The notes under the pieces: generated by a model
Database searches by the model: none
The model's input: only the letters and a program-made list of their open reading frames with translations
What the model was told of the DNA's origin: nothing
Translations under genes and position numbers: made by a program
NCBI GenBank assembly: GCA_964247055.1
Contig: OZ176054.1
Location: 9,424,001 to 9,488,000 of the forward strand
DNA: 64,000 bases
Source: Paragordius varius
Lineage: Eukaryota; Animalia; Nematomorpha
Direction: 5' to 3'
In this document: positions 52,405 to 64,000 of the stretch, piece by piece
How positions within the stretch are numbered: position 1 is the stretch's first letter
Layout: every line of letters begins with the position of its first letter

Positions 52405-54955
52405 TAAGGTGACCAGATTTTTTAAAGGAAAAGCCGGAAAAATCTGAGAAAGTGGGGGAAGGGGCATGGGGGGGTACAACCAAAAATTTTTATACAAAAA
52501 ATTATTGTAATATTTATTTATATTTAACACAAATCTATATATTTATAAAAATGGAAAATGCTGGCTTTGTGATCTGTTTCCGGAAAACCGGTAGACCTAT
52601 TCGAATCCAAACGTCTAAAAAATATAATCATTAATAAATGCCCCGACAATAGCTTCGCTCTTTTTTTGAATTGGGCCCCCAGTTCGGGCCCACCCCGTGT
52701 AAAAAACGTTTTTTTGAAAGCAGAAGTCCACAAAAATCGTGTCTTTGAAACAATTTTCCGGAGAACGTGTTGGACAATTCAATTTCAAATATGATTTGTG
52801 TTTATTTATTTTCGATTGCGCCGAACATAGTAGTCTCGCTTTTTTAATTTAGGCCCACTTTTTACCCGCTCCTCCCCGTAAAATGCCATTTTTTTTCAAA
52901 ACAAAGTCCACAAAAATAATTTTTTTAATTATTTTTCCCCCAAGTAAACAATATATTAGTATGAATGCACCGTTTTAAATATGAGATCATAGCTAATTAA
53001 TGCTTCGAAATAATCCACATATGTGGATTCTTTTATTGTCCCTTTTTCAAATATCCCCCCCAGAAGTCCGAAGGACTTAATCGGGCTGCGTAGCAGCACG
53101 AGATTTACGCTAGAACATTATAAATACAAAAAATATTATACTCCTTGGTATATTTTTTATTTGAGTGAATGCGTGTTAGCAGATTGTCATCATTTTTTAA
53201 AATATTGTAGAAGTCTTCACAAGAATTCGTCAAATTATATTTGATAGATAAAATGGCCTTGAAAGTTTCATTATTTGAATTTGATTTTTACGATGCCCAC
53301 ACTTGATTTACTGTGGAAAAAACGCGCTCAGTAGCAGCGTTTGTCCAGGTAAAGATAGTGCAAATTCCACAATTATCAAAACATTATTGTTTGGAACATA
53401 GTTTGTTTCAAAATAATGAAATATTTCTAACCATTTCTTTTCTACTCTATTTTTTTCTGTTGTTTACAATTTAAGTTTCTCATTATATTTATATTTTTTA
53501 GCTAATGATACTTCAGAAAAAAGTCTCTGAAACATTACTTTTTGGGAATTTTTGAGAGATGCAGATGTAATCAATGATTTTTGAACATCGCACCAATTAA
53601 ATTCTGGTTTGAATGTTATCCAATGAAAATGTTCAATTTCATTGAATTGCACCGTCCAGTCTTCCAAATAATCTTTACAGTTTTTATAAACATTTTTATA
53701 TGATACAGGCTATCTGGCGATTTATTAAGCCTTGTTTTTCTAAATTATATATAATATTGCGGATGATTAATGGTATACATTATTTTCTAACCTTTCGTGA
53801 CATTGGAATTTTAGGTTACTAACTTCATTGGCTACTTCGATTGCTGAAATTACCTTCTAATTAATAACATTTTGAAAGAGAGAAGCTTGATTATGTAGGA
53901 ACTCTAACCATATTTTTGAAGAATAACTACTTTTCCAAAGTTTTAGGACATTTGTCTGATAAAAAATTGGATTTTATAGGAATACATTTTTAAAATTCTT
54001 TCGATAGCTGGCAGAAGTGCTAACCAACGAGTTTCACAATATCCAAACATTTTTTATATTGAACTTCTGCATTTTCACAGAATTCCTTAAGCGTTTTCAC
54101 GCGTACCATGTATATAAAAACATAGGAATGTATTTTAACAACTACATTTTCCACATCTAGGGGTAACAAATTAGCAGCTGTTTGAATAGCGTTGTGCATT
54201 ATATGCGCTGCACACCCAACGCCAATAAAGTTTTGATGAAGATTATCTGCTAATTAATGAAAAATATTTTTTGTCCCCCTTTTTGCTTTTCCACCGAAGT
54301 TCGTATTGGTGTTGTCAGCGCAATATGCGATGATTTTGTCTTTTAAATTATTTTTTTCTAGAATATTGATTATTTAAGTAAAAATTATGACGGAATTTTC
54401 ACCGGATAGAGAAATAAAATTTAAAATTTCTGGATTAAAATATCTTATTAAAGTGGGAAATAATTTTGTTTCTTTATACTCTATTGCATCAGAGTATAGC
54501 CGTATGAAATTAATTTTCAGCAAATTTTTTTGTATTTTAGAAAATGCATGTGGTGAAAGGACATTGCATACAATGGCTTCAGCCTTTGTACGGGAGCATG
54601 TAAATTTTTTATTGGATAAGGTACGATTAACCTGTGAGGTACAACCCATAGATCTAAGGGAATGATTGTGATTAACGGCGTGAAAAGATAAAACGCCTTC
54701 GGCTAGTGCCAAATTCTTTTCTTCCTCCAAAAGCGTTAGAAAAACGCTCATTTTGTAAGATGATTCCGCCATATCTAAATATTTTTTTTGTTTCTTTGTT
54801 TCCATATGCTTTGTAATATCATGCTTGCCACCATGTGCTAGGGTAAATTCCCCCTCGCATAAAGAACATTTAACAATTGAATTCCTCGTTTTTTTGATAA
54901 AAAGAAATTCCTTCATTAATTCATCGTTGAATTTACAACCTCTTTTCGTACTCAT
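52405..54955 (-). pseudogene. Decayed hAT DNA transposon (Blackjack-like TIR) with transposase pseudogene at ~53230-54955
   Basis: Minus strand: N-terminal zinc finger CSLC...HGGKHDITKH, SD..KLFPTLIRYF, ADNTNTNFGG, GVGCAAHIMHN (CxxH), TRWLALLPAIERIL, ERVFS, with stops and frameshifts; TIR-like taaggtgaccagat at 52405. The other TIR was not found. Confidence 0.85.
52534..53113 (+). mobile_element. Short non-autonomous Helitron (580 bp) nested in the hAT element
   Basis: A|TCTATATATTTATAAAAATGG start, cgggctgc-gta-gcagcacg hairpin and CTAG at 53110-53113; collinear with the 46498-47098 copy. Confidence 0.9.
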
Positions 54956-55386
54956 ATTTAACTAATATAATAAAAATATTATATTACCTTGATTTTCTGG
55001 TGTAATAAGCTATTTGTGGTATTTTGTCTTTTTGATGATGTTGGCAGGTAAAATAATTAGAATATAAGATAAAAAATATTTTATTACCTTAATTTTCTGG
55101 AGTAAACACATAAGCTACCGATTTCTGGTATTAATTTGTCTTTTTAATAATGTTGGCAGTAGGAGTTGGAAGCAAAGTGTATAATCATATGAGATAAATT
55201 CGAAAAAATTAAATGTTTTTAATTTAAAAAAAAAATTTAATTTAAAATCGATATAAAATAGGCATTTTAAATTAAAGGTCAAAATACTGAGATTGCACAA
55301 TAAAAATTCAAAACATATGCTAAATTTTATTGAAGCGCACTTACTATTTTGAGGCATTTTGAAAACGGTAAAAAAACGCTTTAAGT

Positions 55387-55697
55387 TAGGGGTCGGCAAC
55401 CTTTTTTGGAGGTGAGCCGTTTTCAAATAGAAAATTTTAGGCGAGCTCTACAAAAATATAATTAAAATAGTACCATATGCCAATATAATAGTATATTAAT
55501 AAAATGGAAAAAAATTTATTTAACATTGCATGCTAAAATAATAATAATAATGTGACTATGATTAAGCGATTTTGCACTCCTTTTCAATTAAAAATACGAT
55601 TAAACTTATATTTTTTATAGATTTCCAAAAGCATTGAGCCATATAAAAACACACAGCGAGCCAAGTCAGGCTCGCAGCCATAGGTTGCCGACCTCTT
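55387..55697. mobile_element. Buster-type hAT MITE (311 bp)
   Basis: TIRs taggggtcggcaacct / aggttgccgacctctt (14/16); 8-bp TSD ctttaagt / ctttaaga fits the NNNTANNN Buster target. Confidence 0.85.
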
Positions 55698-56664
55698 CTT
55701 TAAGATAAAAAACACTTTTTTATATAAATCAATGTAGCTGAACATTTCTATCGCTTCAGAATTTTAAAATTCGTTTGCTTTTTAATTTTGGTGACTTTTC
55801 GTAAAAAACCATATTTGTTTTAACATATTTTTATATTTTAAAGCTTTAATTTTGGGGCGTAATTTTGCTTAAATTTAGGTGGAAATAAGCTGGTTTAAAA
55901 AAGCTCCACCATTGGGGTATTCATAAAGGAAAAAGTTTGTAAATTTGAATGGGCCTTTCCGGAATTTTTCATTATAATACATTGCAACAAAATGTCGCTA
56001 AAATTCAATTAAAAAAGTAATCGACTTTTTGCGCTATCTTAAAGACGGGCAAAATTCTGACAATCTCGAAGCCCATATAAAAAAAATTGATAGAAATTGT
56101 TTCGCTGTCTAATAATTATAATTATGATCTTATAAAATATATAGTAAGTTTCATAGCTCAAAACTCGATTTTCTGGCCGATACCACGTTCTTTGAGTTTA
56201 ATTGCAAACGCTCCGATTTATGGAAAAAGAAAAACATCTTCTAGCTAAATAAAAACAATCAAAGCTGACAAACTTAACATTCTCGAATTGATAGTTTACG
56301 CTTCACAATTTAATAACCGATGATAACAGTTTCCAAATACGCATAGTGTGGATGCAAATAATTTTGCTTAAATTATTATTTAATATATTTTTATTAACTT
56401 TGTATCGATATATGTCATAATTTATTTTACAACATTTATCTATTATATATCTATTTTATTGAATAAATATCACAATCCAATTCTTCTAGGAGTGCGTTTT
56501 TGTATTTGCTGGTTGTTTGGATTATTTTGTGATCTACACATTATATAATACAAAATTTTATTAGATTATTTTAAAAAAAATATTTATTACGATGTCCAAT
56601 ATTATGAATCAAAGCTTTTATAACAAAAACCTATGATGCTAAATGACATGACACAAAAATTAAG

Positions 56665-64000
<7,336 letters not shown>

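Noticed and set aside
22945-53244. Recurrent 66-85-aa ORFs (22945, 22976, 23474, 46841, 46851, 52524) that look like a small gene family
   Set aside because: All are readings of the same non-autonomous Helitron in different frames and strands, with no protein-level signature.

Overview
Very AT-rich eukaryotic (animal, invertebrate-like) genomic DNA with spliced genes separated by repeat-dense intergenic DNA; no prokaryotic features, CRISPR, rRNA or tRNA recognised, and the species cannot be determined from the sequence. Genes recovered by manual splicing: terminal exon of a POLD3-like gene (+53-282), an intronless uncharacterised ORF (+5752-6600), TFIIIC subunit GTF3C3/Tfc4 (+15701-21818), a divergent single-exon class A GPCR (+24466-25803), an ETH-receptor-like GPCR with a very long third intracellular loop (+31118-39006), Hakai/CBLL1 (-45027-42505, its RING domain invisible in the ORF track), a small secreted trypsin-fold pseudo-protease (+51289-52074, absent from the ORF track) and the 3' two-thirds of the DEAH splicing helicase PRP16/DHX38 (-63976-56665). 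Mobile DNA includes a non-autonomous Helitron family (4 loci, one carrying a ~320-bp tandem array), a decayed hAT transposase, several MITE/foldback elements and LINE fragments. The main finding is a set of ultra-short GT-AG introns (22, 22, 23, 23 and probably 27 nt) at the 5' ends of Hakai and GTF3C3, in genes whose other introns are about 150-1200 nt. All homology calls come from recalled family motifs, not database searches.
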